Shown here piece after piece: positions 36,912-46,347 of a stretch of DNA of 64,000 nt. The notes below the pieces were generated by a model. The model saw only the letters and a program-made list of their open reading frames with translations, was not told the DNA's origin and did not search any database. Every line of letters begins with the position of its first letter. Position 1 is the stretch's first letter. The DNA is taken from NCBI GenBank assembly GCA_021776655.1, contig JAJFFK010000037.1:64815-128814 (forward strand). Reading direction: 5' to 3'. This stretch comes from Henriciella sp. (GTDB taxonomy: Bacteria > Pseudomonadota > Alphaproteobacteria > Caulobacterales > Hyphomonadaceae). The position numbers and the translations under genes are program-made.

Positions 36912-38336
36912 CTATTTAGCCACAGTCTTTTGAGTAGCCATCCAGGTTGCTGCAATCGCCTCTACCAAGGCATCAATTGAGGCGGCCTCGCTCGCGCATG
37001 ATGAGAAGGAAAGCCGCATTATCGTTCGCCCTTTCCAGACCGCATCTTTTATGAACCAGCGCCCATCTTCTTGAAGAGATTGGATCACACTTGTTGTCAT
37101 CGCATTGCCAGTGCGTTCTGATGCGCCATCAGTCGCGAAAGCTATGGCAAGCTGGTTCAAGTTGACTGTATTCATGAGATGAACACCCGGTATTTTACCT
37201 AAGGCTTTGGCAAGATGTTGTGCATTCCTGCAATTATCATCCACAAGAGCCGTAACGCCATCACGACCGAGAGCCTGCAAGACAGCCCAAGTGGCGAAGC
37301 CGCGTGCGCGCCGCGACAATTCAGGGACATAATGTGAGGGGCTAGGGCCATCTTCGGGGTCTTGGTTAAGATAGCTGGCGGTGATCGCCATAGCGCTACG
37401 GTGGGCATCAGCATCCTTGATGATTGCGTAACCGGAATCATATGGCACTTGCAGCCACTTGTGACCATCAACGGCCCATGAGTCAGCGCGTTTCGCGCCT
37501 TTACATAGGTGACGCTTGCTCTGTACACTACGAGCCCACAGCCCGAATGCACCATCAATATGCAACCAGGCATCTGACGCTTCAGCAATCTTGCTGATCG
37601 CATCAAAATCGTCAAAAGCGCCTGAATTTATATGTCCCGCTTGAGAGATTATTATTTTCGGGCCATTGTCGTTTCGAACTGTAGCTTGCAGGGCCTCTGG
37701 CGACATACATCCATCAGATTCAGCCTCAATCCGTTTGAGACGGTTCTGGCCAAATCCGAGAAACCGTAAAGCTGCAAAGATCGATGAGTGCGCTTCTTCA
37801 CCCAAATAAACTGAGACTTCAGGCGCACCAAACATACCGTTTGCATCCAAATTCCAGTCGTGGCGGGCCAGCACATCCTGCCGAGCTGTTGCAAGGCAAA
37901 TAAAGCTCGCCATTGTTGCCCCAGTCGTGAAACCGATTGAACTCTCGGGCGGCAAATTGAGTAAGTCGATCAGCCATTTACCAGCAATCTCTTCTGCAAT
38001 CGCAGCGGCAGGCGCAGTCTGATATATTCCTGCGTTTTGGCCCCATGTCGATGTCAACCAGTCAGCCGCGACTCCAACCGGGTGAGACCCCCCCATCACC
38101 CAGCCGTAGAATGCGTCACCACTTACGCCTAGCAAGCCAGGTCCAGCTGCTTGTGCAAGCTGATGGATAATTGCCGGGCCATCTCGCCCTTGTTTCGGCA
38201 AGCCCGTATCGAATGCTAATCGCAACGTATCAGCTGTTGCTGAGGCGTAGGGGGAAACTTGATCTACCTCATCACGATAAGAAATCGCAATTTGCGCCGT
38301 TTGCTCAAACAAGTCCCGAACGGTTTTTTTCGGCAT
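36912..38336 (-). CDS. Pyridoxal-phosphate-dependent decarboxylase (group II, fold-type I)
   Basis: PLP-lysine context SWAVDGHKWLQVPYDSG, plus TTGATMASF and HIDGAFG blocks typical of group II amino-acid decarboxylases. Substrate unknown. Confidence 0.8.
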   Translation of the reverse strand: MPKKTVRDLFEQTAQIAISYRDEVDQVSPYASATADTLRLAFDTGLPKQGRDGPAIIHQLAQAAGPGLLGVSGDAFYGWVMGGSHPVGVAADWLTSTWGQNAGIYQTAPAAAIAEEIAGKWLIDLLNLPPESSIGFTTGATMASFICLATARQDVLARHDWNLDANGMFGAPEVSVYLGEEAHSSIFAALRFLGFGQNRLKRIEAESDGCMSPEALQATVRNDNGPKIIISQAGHINSGAFDDFDAISKIAEASDAWLHIDGAFGLWARSVQSKRHLCKGAKRADSWAVDGHKWLQVPYDSGYAIIKDADAHRSAMAITASYLNQDPEDGPSPSHYVPELSRRARGFATWAVLQALGRDGVTALVDDNCRNAQHLAKALGKIPGVHLMNTVNLNQLAIAFATDGASERTGNAMTTSVIQSLQEDGRWFIKDAVWKGRTIMRLSFSSCASEAASIDALVEAIAATWMATQKTVAK

Positions 38337-38375
38337 ATTCTGACCCTTCGTCTTTCATCTCGTTACCTTATCCAA

Positions 38376-39080
38376 TCAGCGCGGATGCAACCAGGTTGGC
38401 AAAAATGTATATGCGTCAGGACGCTTAGCAGCGTCAAATTTGACGTTGTTTTCAGCGAGGAGAGTTTGTAAACGACCATCGTTGAAAGCGTCAAACGTTT
38501 CGGTGCACCCGCCGATATGTTCGTCGCCGACATAGATTTGTGGAATAGTTGGTGACGACGTGAGTTGCTTCAATGCATTGCGAATGTCTCCGCCCTTATT
38601 GTTCTTCTGATACTCGACCGAGTCCAGGTCAATCGAGCGAAAGGGAATGCCTACTTCGCCAAACATTTTCCGTACAGACCAACAAAACTCGCACCATTCA
38701 AGTGCAAACATGACCACCGGTTGTTGGGCGTCGCGCGTTACCGTTTCGACAAATTCTATAGCTTCTGGTTTAGCGGCAGCAATCTTCGCAGAAGCATCCG
38801 CTTTAGTCGGCGCTGAAGACACATCAAAGCGATAGCGCGGCGTCGATTGCGATATCTCGACTTCTACATCGTTCATCTCTCCGATCACTTCATCAAACAA
38901 AGTTGTGCTGAGATAACGCTCCCCAGTATCGGGAAGCATGCATAAGATGCTTGATCCCTTTGGAGCGGTTTTTGCTACTTCAAATGCCGCCGCGAGGGTT
39001 GCTCCACTGGTTATGCCACAGAATATCCCTTCTAGACGTGCTAGATCACGTGCCAGTTTGAGGGATACTGTGCCACTCAC
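38376..39080 (-). pseudogene. 5'-truncated cysteine synthase (CysK/CBS-like) C-terminal fragment fused to a glutaredoxin-like domain
   Basis: The ORF opens with only the last about 55 aa of a fold-type II PLP enzyme (ARDLARLEGIFCGITSGATLAAAFEVAK..LPDTGERYLSTTLF). A Grx-like domain follows (VVMFALEWCEFC...TIPQIYVGDEHIGGC). The missing N-terminus is replaced by an IS3-family end. Confidence 0.6.
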
Positions 39081-39210
39081 TGACCCGACGCTGATTCACC
39101 AATAATACCGCTTCCCGCTTGAACTCGCGGCTGAACTTCCTTCTCGTCATATCTACTCTCCGATTGCAAAAACACCTTATCTCAGTGTCCTCAAAACCGG
39201 CAGCAGCTCA
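39079..39210 (-). mobile_element. IS3-family insertion-sequence remnant (left inverted repeat plus first ~24 codons of orfA)
   Basis: The minus strand reads TGAGCTGCTGCCGGTTTTGAGGACACTGAG..., then ATG at 39150 encoding MTRRKFSREFKREAVLLVNQRRVS. This matches the N-terminus typical of IS3-family OrfA. Similarity stops at about 39079, where the cysteine-synthase frame begins. Confidence 0.65.
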
Positions 39211-39312
39211 ATCGACCGACCGTAGGTGCGAGTTTTCGGATCGGTTCTTGAAATTGGCGACCGACAGCTGGGTCGCTAAGGCTCAGCTCCGCTGACAGTG
39301 CTCTAGGACCGT

Positions 39313-41001
39313 TCAGTTCGACTGCATTGGCGCATTCTCGCGTTGCTTGCTAGCCCAGTTTGGGGCGATCCAGATCGGTACGTTTTGTCTTGGCAATTTG
39401 GCGGCGCCGAGGATCACATCCGCCATTTTCTCAGCGACCATGATGGTGGCGGCGTTGATGTTCCCGTTAGGCACAGTTGGAAACATTGACGCATCGACGA
39501 CACGTAAGTCTTCAAGGCCAATGACACTGCATTCAGTATCGACAACCGCTTTGGCGTCATCGCCGCGCCCCATCCGGCAGGTTCCGCACGGATGGTAGGC
39601 GCTCTCGACATTGGCGCGAACCCATGTGTCGATCTCTTCGTCGGAGGACACGCCAAGACCCGGCTGGATTTCATTACCGCGATAAGCGTCCATCGCTGGC
39701 TGAGCCATGATTTCGCGGGTTAGCCGGATGCAGCGCCGCCATGCTGCTATGTCTTCCTCATGCTGAAGGTAATTGAAGAGGATGTTTGGGTCCGCCACCG
39801 GGTCCGCTGAGGTGATCGCGATATGCCCCCGGCTTTTGGGCTTGTTCGGACCAACATGAACTTGAAATCCGTGCCCATCAAATGATGCCGTCCCGTCATA
39901 GCGCATGGCGGCGGGTAGGAAATGGTACTGAATGTCCGGCGATTTGAGCCCGGCTTCAGATCGGATGAACGCGCAAGCCTCGAAATGATTGGTCGCCCCG
40001 AGCCCGGTTTTGAAAAAAAACCAACGCGCCCCGATCAAGAACTTGGAGAATAGACCAAGCTTTTTGTTAAGGCTCACCGGTTGTTTGCAATGGAACTGGA
40101 AATAGATCTCGAGATGATCCTGAAGGTTCTGTCCGACACCAGGAAGCGTGTGCAGGGGTTCAACGCCTGCGGCCTTCAATACAGTTCCCGGGCCAATGCC
40201 AGAGCGTTGCAGGATCATGGGTGACGCGATTGATCCGGCTGACAGAATGACTTCCTTGGTCGCAGAGAACGTTATGTCGCGACCTTTCCGACGTACCGCA
40301 ACACCTACGGCGCGCTTACCCTCAAAGACAATCTTATCAACCAGAGTCTTTGGAAGGACCGTAAGGTTTGACCGCTTCATTACTGGCCGTAAATAGGCAC
40401 GCGATGTGGACTCACGCACGCCGCCGCGTACCGTCATATGCATCGGTCCGAAGCCTTCCTGACAATGGCCATTATAGTCGCCGGTGCGCGGGTAGCCGGC
40501 CTCAACACCCGCATCGATGAAAACCTTATAAAGCGGATTGCTCTGCATGTTGTTGCCGCCCGACACGCCAAGTGGCCCCGTCCCGCCGCGATAGTCGTTT
40601 TCACCGTTCTGCCAGGTCTCTGCCCGCTTGAAGTAAGGCAGGCAGTCGGCATAACTCCACCCTGTTGCACCGTGCGCTTCCCACTCGTCAAAGTCGCAAG
40701 CATGACCACGGACATAGACCATGCCATTGATTGAGGATGTGCCGCCGAGACCTTTACCACGCGGACAGGTGATTTGTCGGTTATCGACGCTAGGTTCGGG
40801 TTCGGAATTATAGCCCCAATTATAGGTCTTCGATGCCATCGGATAAGACAGGGCGGTCGGCATCTGGATCAGAATATTCCTGTCGCTACCGCCCGCTTCT
40901 AATAGCAAAACGCTGTGTTCTCCGCTGGCGGTCAGGCGATTGGCAAGCACGCAGCCAGCCGACCCCGCCCCAACAATGATATAGTCAAACGTCTTGTTCA
41001 T
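39313..41001 (-). CDS. betA: Choline dehydrogenase / GMC-family oxidoreductase
   Basis: [23 protein letters not shown] motif, [14 protein letters not shown], and a C-terminal GMC signature (HPCGTCRMG...VVDASMFP). 562 aa, collinear with BetA as I recall it. Confidence 0.8.
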   Translation of the reverse strand: MNKTFDYIIVGAGSAGCVLANRLTASGEHSVLLLEAGGSDRNILIQMPTALSYPMASKTYNWGYNSEPEPSVDNRQITCPRGKGLGGTSSINGMVYVRGHACDFDEWEAHGATGWSYADCLPYFKRAETWQNGENDYRGGTGPLGVSGGNNMQSNPLYKVFIDAGVEAGYPRTGDYNGHCQEGFGPMHMTVRGGVRESTSRAYLRPVMKRSNLTVLPKTLVDKIVFEGKRAVGVAVRRKGRDITFSATKEVILSAGSIASPMILQRSGIGPGTVLKAAGVEPLHTLPGVGQNLQDHLEIYFQFHCKQPVSLNKKLGLFSKFLIGARWFFFKTGLGATNHFEACAFIRSEAGLKSPDIQYHFLPAAMRYDGTASFDGHGFQVHVGPNKPKSRGHIAITSADPVADPNILFNYLQHEEDIAAWRRCIRLTREIMAQPAMDAYRGNEIQPGLGVSSDEEIDTWVRANVESAYHPCGTCRMGRGDDAKAVVDTECSVIGLEDLRVVDASMFPTVPNGNINAATIMVAEKMADVILGAAKLPRQNVPIWIAPNWASKQRENAPMQSN

Positions 41002-42146
41002 TAGGCCACGACTTCTTTCTTATAAGCGGTGCGAAGTGCCGTGCGCTGCATAAATGTGAGGGCATAGATACAGCCATAAAGACCAATCACGACAAGGCCA
41101 ATCCACTCAATCTTGAGCGGAGTGAACTGGTAAAAAAGGATCAGGCCGAATAACAGGCTCCAATGCGTCGCGACATAGCCGGGGCCACCAAGGCGGGCAA
41201 CGGTAAGGTTCAAACTCTCTGAATAGAGCCGCGTCAGAGAGTCAAGAGAGTTCACGACAAAGATGATCCCGACAACAACCATACAGCCGCGAAGCAGGCC
41301 GACGAGTTCCAGCGCATTGTTATGATAATAGAACAGAACCGAGAACCAGAGTGCGATCGGGATGGATGGAATGATCAGCAGCGCTACCAATAGCTGCCAT
41401 GCTTGTATTCCGCCGACAAAGCGGGCGACGAACTGACCGATCATAATACTCCATGCGAACCACCAGAACAGGTAGAAGGCGTGGTAATCGGTAAGTGGGC
41501 TAGCGAATTTTTGGATATTGGCGAAGTATCCGCCAATATTCGCACTGCTGGAAACAAACCCCGCTACCCCCATACCGCTTGTCAACCACATCAGACCGAT
41601 CAGCGCAAAGAATAGCGCGGTCGAACCAAGTCCCAACCACTTGACATAGCGAATATCGGTGCTCGACAGGACCGCCAGCAAAACCACAAGTGCCACAAGC
41701 CCATATCGAAACGGCGCGGTGATGCCGACAATGTAAGTTGGCAGGTAACTTAGGAAAAGAAAGCCGGTAAACGCGCAGGTCGCAATAATTACAGCGTTAT
41801 TGATGAGCTTCACCCAACCGATCTCAAAGAGTTTTAGTTTCGGTTCGACAATGCAAAAATAGAAGGTTGTCAAAAAGTAGAATGCCCAGACGAGAAAGCC
41901 CCAAAACCCGAACTCAATTGCCAGTGCATTGGTGAACCCATATGCGGCCTCGGTCTCGTAAACCGGGAACTCTGTCAGCGGAAACATGATTAGCCCGACA
42001 TCAAGTCCAGACGTGAAGAGTATCGCCATAAACGCGGCCAGCGACAGTGGGGCACTGCCCTTCAACACAGTCTTGCCAAACCGAATGACAATAGTAACAG
42101 ATGTCAAAAGCGTCAGGGCGATCGCAATTGTGAGGATTGTATTCAT
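41001..42146 (-). CDS. Polytopic membrane protein, short BCCT-like transporter
   Basis: About 10-11 TM helices. The Trp-rich block [26 protein letters not shown] resembles the BCCT signature helix. Its stop overlaps the betA ATG (TAATG). GGGAG lies 8 nt upstream of ATG 42146. Confidence 0.5.
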   Translation of the reverse strand: MNTILTIAIALTLLTSVTIVIRFGKTVLKGSAPLSLAAFMAILFTSGLDVGLIMFPLTEFPVYETEAAYGFTNALAIEFGFWGFLVWAFYFLTTFYFCIVEPKLKLFEIGWVKLINNAVIIATCAFTGFLFLSYLPTYIVGITAPFRYGLVALVVLLAVLSSTDIRYVKWLGLGSTALFFALIGLMWLTSGMGVAGFVSSSANIGGYFANIQKFASPLTDYHAFYLFWWFAWSIMIGQFVARFVGGIQAWQLLVALLIIPSIPIALWFSVLFYYHNNALELVGLLRGCMVVVGIIFVVNSLDSLTRLYSESLNLTVARLGGPGYVATHWSLLFGLILFYQFTPLKIEWIGLVVIGLYGCIYALTFMQRTALRTAYKKEVVA

Positions 42147-42151
42147 GCTAT

Positions 42152-42499
42152 TCACTCCCTGTATTGTAGTGCAACTCCATCCTCCAGTTCATTATGCTGG
42201 TGATCCCTATGCGGATCGAGAGGATCGTGAGTTGCGATGAGTTTTCCATAGAAATCCTGTATCAGTTCCTCAGCGTTGATTGATGGCTTTGTATTCATAG
42301 AACGCAGCGTAGTGCAGAGACATACAAACTCAAATGAGATTTTGTGGACCGTGCGTCTTGCCTCGGTGGGGCACTTAACCTCAAAAGAACGCACAATCTC
42401 ATTTCGTTGAAATCGGCTTTGAAGGTCTTTTGGTATTGGCAAGCGTACATAGTACACTGTTCCACGCTTTACGAGGTGAGTAGGCCTTGCACCCGTCAT
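42152..42499 (-). pseudogene. N-terminal fragment of a tyrosine-type integrase (DUF6538-like arm-binding region only)
   Basis: THLVKRGTVYYVRLPIPKDLQSRFQRNEIVRSFEVKCPTEARR matches the conserved N-terminus of tRNA-associated integrases. It is only 115 aa with no catalytic domain, and lies 108 nt from the 3' end of tRNA-Ser. Confidence 0.55.
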
Positions 42500-42607
42500 G
42501 GGTGCCCCACCAGAAACCCGTTATCGGTACAGTCGATTGTAACAGTCTCTATAACAAGTACTGTCCAAAAACATACCTTGTTGATATATATGGTAAATTC
42601 GGAAAAC

Positions 42608-42697
42608 TGGCGGAGAGAGAGGGATTCGAACCCTCGGAACGTTTGCACGTTCAACGGTTTTCGAGACCGTCCTATTCAACCACTCTAGCACCTCTCC
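42608..42697 (-). tRNA. tRNA-Ser (anticodon CGA), encoded CCA end
   Basis: The minus strand reads GGAGAGGTGCTAGAGTGGTTGAATAGGACGGTCTCGAAAACCGTTGAACGTGCAAACGTTCCGAGGGTTCGAATCCCTCTCTCTCCGCCA. It has a 7-bp acceptor stem, a long variable arm, the T-loop GGTTCGAATCC and the anticodon loop CTCGAAA. Confidence 0.9.
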
Positions 42698-42864
42698 GTG
42701 GGGCGTGGACCTAGCGTGCGGGCGAGAACTGTTCAAGCCCTGCTTTTCACTCCAGTTTAGGTTTGACTTGGAGTTCGGTTTGGTGTTTACCCGCGCCTTA
42801 TTGTCCGCGCCTGCAAGGGCTGCGGCCGAAGTTTCATTTTTTGTGTTCCGGAAGGACGTGCGTC

Positions 42865-43551
42865 ATGTTCGCGGTCATTAAGACAGGTGGCAAACAATAT
42901 AAAGTTGCCGAAGGCGATGAACTCGTCATTGAAAAGCTCGAGATCGAAGCGGGTAAGGACGTCACATTTGACAGTGTCCTGATGCTTGGCAACGGCAAGA
43001 AGGTCACGATTGGCGAACCAATGGTTGCCGGTGCCAGTGTTGTTGCTGAAGTTACTGAACAGCGCAAAGGCGCTAAGGTAATGATCTTCAAGAAGCGGCA
43101 GCGCAACACCTATCGCCGCAAAAAAGGCCATCGCCAGCTTGAAACCCTAGTGACCATCAAGTCGATACTGGCCGATGGTAAAAAAGCACCTGCCAAGAAG
43201 AAGGCAGCGCCGAAGACTGAGGCGGCTCCTAAGGTCGCGGCTAAGGCGGCGGCTCCAAAGAAGGAAGCTGCGCCAAAGAAGGCACCAGCTAAAACCACTG
43301 CGAAGGCAGCAGTCGATGCGCGCGGCCGCATGGCCAAGGCCGATGGCAAAGCTGACGATCTGAAGCTGATTTCAGGTGTTGGTCCAGCCTTCGAGAAGAA
43401 ACTCAATGGTGCTGGCATCTTCCACTTCGCTCAAATCGCGAAGCTGAAAAAAGCCCAGATCGCAGATCTTGAAGAAGAGTTGAACATGTCGGGCCGTGTC
43501 GAGCGTGACGAGTGGATACAGCAAGCCAAAGATCTCGCCAAGAAAGCCTAA
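42865..43551 (+). CDS. rplU: 50S ribosomal protein L21 with ~125-aa C-terminal extension
   Basis: MFAVIKTGGKQYKVAEGD...KKRQRNTYRRKKGHRQ core. An Ala/Pro/Lys-rich linker and a helix-hairpin-helix-like tail follow (DDLKLISGVGPAFEKKLNGAGIFHFAQIA). Confidence 0.9.
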   Translation: MFAVIKTGGKQYKVAEGDELVIEKLEIEAGKDVTFDSVLMLGNGKKVTIGEPMVAGASVVAEVTEQRKGAKVMIFKKRQRNTYRRKKGHRQLETLVTIKSILADGKKAPAKKKAAPKTEAAPKVAAKAAAPKKEAAPKKAPAKTTAKAAVDARGRMAKADGKADDLKLISGVGPAFEKKLNGAGIFHFAQIAKLKKAQIADLEEELNMSGRVERDEWIQQAKDLAKKA

Positions 43552-43588
43552 GTAGCTGATTGCGATATCGAATTAGAGGAGCGCCAAG

Positions 43589-43858
43589 ATGGCTCATAAA
43601 AAATCAGGTGGTTCAACCCGTAACGGCCGCGATTCAAATCCTAAATATCTCGGCGTCAAGAAATATGGCGGCGAGCATGTCATCCCCGGCAATATTATCA
43701 TTCGCCAGCGCGGAACCAAAACCTATCCCGGTCGCGGTGTTGGCATGGGCAAGGACCATACGCTTTTTGCATTGATCGAGGGCAAGATCGAATTTACGCG
43801 TAAGCGGGATAACCGCCAGTACGTGACGGTTGTGCCAGCTGCACTGGCAGCAGAATAA
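43589..43858 (+). CDS. rpmA: 50S ribosomal protein L27
   Basis: [29 protein letters not shown]...[11 protein letters not shown]. Confidence 0.95.
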   Translation: MAHKKSGGSTRNGRDSNPKYLGVKKYGGEHVIPGNIIIRQRGTKTYPGRGVGMGKDHTLFALIEGKIEFTRKRDNRQYVTVVPAALAAE

Positions 43859-43904
43859 AGCAGCTCGTAGGGCTGCCGAGACGGTGGCCGATATATTCTC
43901 GAAA

Positions 43905-43933
43905 GGGAGGCAGATCACTGCCTCCCTTTTTTT
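43905..43933 (+). terminator. Rho-independent terminator after rpmA
   Basis: GGGAGGCAG-ATCA-CTGCCTCCC followed by TTTTTTT. Confidence 0.8.
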
Positions 43934-43961
43934 ATGCTGATTTGAGATATAGGTAGGTGAT

Positions 43962-44516
43962 ATGACAACTCAATTTGAAATCTCCCTGGCTCGCCTGACT
44001 TTGCGGCCTCCAGCATCGAGCGATGCGATGCGGATCACCCAGTTGATTGGGCATAAGGATGTCGTTTGGAATCTTGGCCGGGCACCATATCCGTATCAAT
44101 TGAAGGATGCAGAGGAATGGGTCGCAAAGGCCAAACAAAGCGCTCAGGATGGTGAGGAGTATTCTTTCTTGATCACGCATGCCGATGAGGGCGTGATTGG
44201 CTGTGTTAGTGTGACGCGGCATGGTGACGTTTGGGAGCTTGGTTACTGGGTCGGAAAGCCATATTGGGGCCAGGGCTTTGTCACTGAAGCGGCGATTGGA
44301 ATCCTCAAATGGGCGCAGGACAATCTATCTGCAACAGGTTTCGTTGCTGGCCATTATGTTGATAATCCAGCCTCGGGAAAAGTGCTGGAAAAGCTTGGAT
44401 TCAATCCGGTTGGGACGGCTCATTTGTTTGCCAGAGCGCGTGGATGTGATGTTCTCTCCATGCGCTATGTGCGTGGTGCTCCAGATGCGGCGGCTATGGT
44501 GCTCGATCACCACTAG
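43962..44516 (+). CDS. GNAT-family N-acetyltransferase (RimJ/RimL-like)
   Basis: GCVSVTRHGDVWELGYWVGKPYWGQGFVTEA and NPASGKVLEKLGF blocks. Confidence 0.8.
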   Translation: MTTQFEISLARLTLRPPASSDAMRITQLIGHKDVVWNLGRAPYPYQLKDAEEWVAKAKQSAQDGEEYSFLITHADEGVIGCVSVTRHGDVWELGYWVGKPYWGQGFVTEAAIGILKWAQDNLSATGFVAGHYVDNPASGKVLEKLGFNPVGTAHLFARARGCDVLSMRYVRGAPDAAAMVLDHH

Positions 44517-44524
44517 GCGGGCTT

Positions 44525-45454
44525 TTATCTGGCTTGCAAAAGCGCTCGGCGCAGTTCGACTGGGTTGTAAAGTGATTGATCAGCTTGCTGCTCCAATTCC
44601 AGCTTCAGAGCATTCAGTTCGGCGTGGATATCCAATAATTGCACTTCATCGCGCACCATTTGGCTGATCCGGGTCAGGCGTGAACGTATGGCGGTCTGCT
44701 CGGCTTGGGGGTAGCGTTCATGCAGACGGCCGAGAGAAGTGCGTATGGCAAGTCGCAGCGCGCGGTCGCCACGCGTTGAGCCGATTGATTCTGATGCAAG
44801 TTGCACGAGTCCGTCCTGAATCATGCCGGTTTCGGTCTGCCAAGTGCGTGTCTCAATGGTATCTGGCGCGCATGCCGAATGGTCCAGAGTCCTGATATAA
44901 GCCGCCAGGCTTGCGATCGTCACAGGGGCGGGCAGCGCCCCCCCAAACTCCTCGGTGATTTGGGCTTGCAAAAAGGCCTCCAGAACGCCTGGCACATCTC
45001 TGGCCACGCGGATCTGGCCATCGGGTAAAGCAAGGTCTGGAATCGCGACGGGGTTGTTGATCTCATCGGCGCGTTGCGGCCCGAACAGGCCATGCGTGAC
45101 ATCAGCAGTGCCGGGCTGCCCGGAGATGCTTTCAAACATGAAGGCTTGATTGGCGCGGCCATTGCGGTGGCAGCTTGCACAGCTGAGACCGGCTTTTGAG
45201 GCCTGTCCGCCGAGCAGGAGGGGGCTGTGAAATAACAGCTTCCCAGCCGCAGCATTTGCCGGGGCGTCAGATGCCGCCTGACAAGTCGCCGGTTGAGCCG
45301 TCAGCGCTGCGACCGGATCATATCCGTCGGCCACCCAGTTCAATTCATTAATCGATACCGCCTGAGGTGGCGGCGACTGGCAGGTCGCCAAGACTGTTAC
45401 GGCAACACAAACCGCAGCAAACTCAAGCTTCAAGCGGCGTCGGGGGTCAGCCAT
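44525..45454 (-). CDS. Probable lipoprotein with a single CXXCH haem-c motif (cytochrome c peroxidase/MauG-like N-terminal segment)
   Basis: Leader ..VTVLATC (lipobox). GKLLFHSPLLLGGQASKAGLSCASCHRNG resembles the first haem site of di-haem peroxidases, but I see only one CXXCH. Confidence 0.5.
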   Translation of the reverse strand: MADPRRRLKLEFAAVCVAVTVLATCQSPPPQAVSINELNWVADGYDPVAALTAQPATCQAASDAPANAAAGKLLFHSPLLLGGQASKAGLSCASCHRNGRANQAFMFESISGQPGTADVTHGLFGPQRADEINNPVAIPDLALPDGQIRVARDVPGVLEAFLQAQITEEFGGALPAPVTIASLAAYIRTLDHSACAPDTIETRTWQTETGMIQDGLVQLASESIGSTRGDRALRLAIRTSLGRLHERYPQAEQTAIRSRLTRISQMVRDEVQLLDIHAELNALKLELEQQADQSLYNPVELRRALLQAR

Positions 45455-46347
45455 GCGCGCAACTCTTCGGTTTGTGTGCAGCCAAACGGGCACAGCGCTT
45501 CGAGTTTCATCAGCTGCACTTGCGCAGAAACCAGATTGCCTTGTTCGACATAGTACTCGCCAAGATACTCGTTGGCATTGAGGTGATCAGGTGCGATTTC
45601 AAGCGCTGCCGAGTAATAAGTTAAAGCGGTTTCAGATTGGCCTTTCTTGCGGTTTGCAAAGCCAAGATAAGTCAGAACGTCTGGATGAGGCCCCAAGATA
45701 AGCTCAGCAGCTTTCAGCTCGACAATCGCCTCGTCATAGCGCTCAAGATTGATCAGGCGAATGGCGTCCGAGTACAGCAAATCTCCATGCTCGAATGTCG
45801 CTTGTGTAATGGCCGGAATGAGGCTCGACGTTTCTGTCGCCTCGGTTGAGGGATTTTTTGCTGCTTCGATGTCTGCGATGGCCTTATCAATTGCTGCGGC
45901 ATTGCTGCAAGCCTCCGCGCAGTCCGCTTTCAGCTCGCCCAAAGTGGCGAGGACCGCATCAGCTTTACCGATACGATCGGACTTTACATGCGCTACACCT
46001 AGCATTGCGTGCGCGTCAAGATTTGTCGCGTCATAGCGCACCGACTTTGCAAATGCTTTGGCTGCTGATTTGAACTCATCCTGTCCGAAATGCGCGAGTC
46101 CCAGCATATAGTGGCTATTGGCATCGGTTCGTGCGACGCGAACAACGCGTTTGAACGCTTTTTCAGCTTTTTTGAAGTCTGAATCGCGTAGGGATTGCAC
46201 GCCGTTTTGATACTCTTCCACCGGGTCGTAAGATGGACCGCTACTGCTCGGTAGGGACCCACCACCACCACCACCGCCGCTTGCAAAAGCAGGCCCACCA
46301 CTGGTTAGAGCAAGCATGGCGAGGGCAATCATTAGGGAACGTGTCAT
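45430..46347 (-). CDS. Secreted tetratricopeptide-repeat (TPR) protein
   Basis: Signal peptide MTRSLMIALAMLALTSGGPAFA, a poly-Gly linker, and repeated A..Y..AL.....A..NLG-type TPR units. AGGAGA RBS before ATG 46347. Confidence 0.7.
   Translation of the reverse strand: MTRSLMIALAMLALTSGGPAFASGGGGGGGSLPSSSGPSYDPVEEYQNGVQSLRDSDFKKAEKAFKRVVRVARTDANSHYMLGLAHFGQDEFKSAAKAFAKSVRYDATNLDAHAMLGVAHVKSDRIGKADAVLATLGELKADCAEACSNAAAIDKAIADIEAAKNPSTEATETSSLIPAITQATFEHGDLLYSDAIRLINLERYDEAIVELKAAELILGPHPDVLTYLGFANRKKGQSETALTYYSAALEIAPDHLNANEYLGEYYVEQGNLVSAQVQLMKLEALCPFGCTQTEELRAWLTPDAA

Noticed and set aside
36667-36933. 88-aa ORF in the 325-nt convergent gap between GST and the decarboxylase
   Set aside because: It has no Shine-Dalgarno sequence and no recognisable motif, and its composition is unlike the neighbours. 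Its end overlaps the decarboxylase 3' end. It is kept only as unexplained non-coding DNA in the island finding.
42344-42736. ORFs of 71-114 aa overlapping the tRNA-Ser gene on both strands
   Set aside because: They are explained by the tRNA gene and its flanks. A cloverleaf with anticodon CGA accounts for the conserved sequence.
43110-43418. 102-aa minus-strand ORF and 62-aa plus-strand ORF over the L21 tail
   Set aside because: These are shadow frames of the Ala/Pro/Lys-rich coding repeat. The sense frame is continuous with the rplU core.
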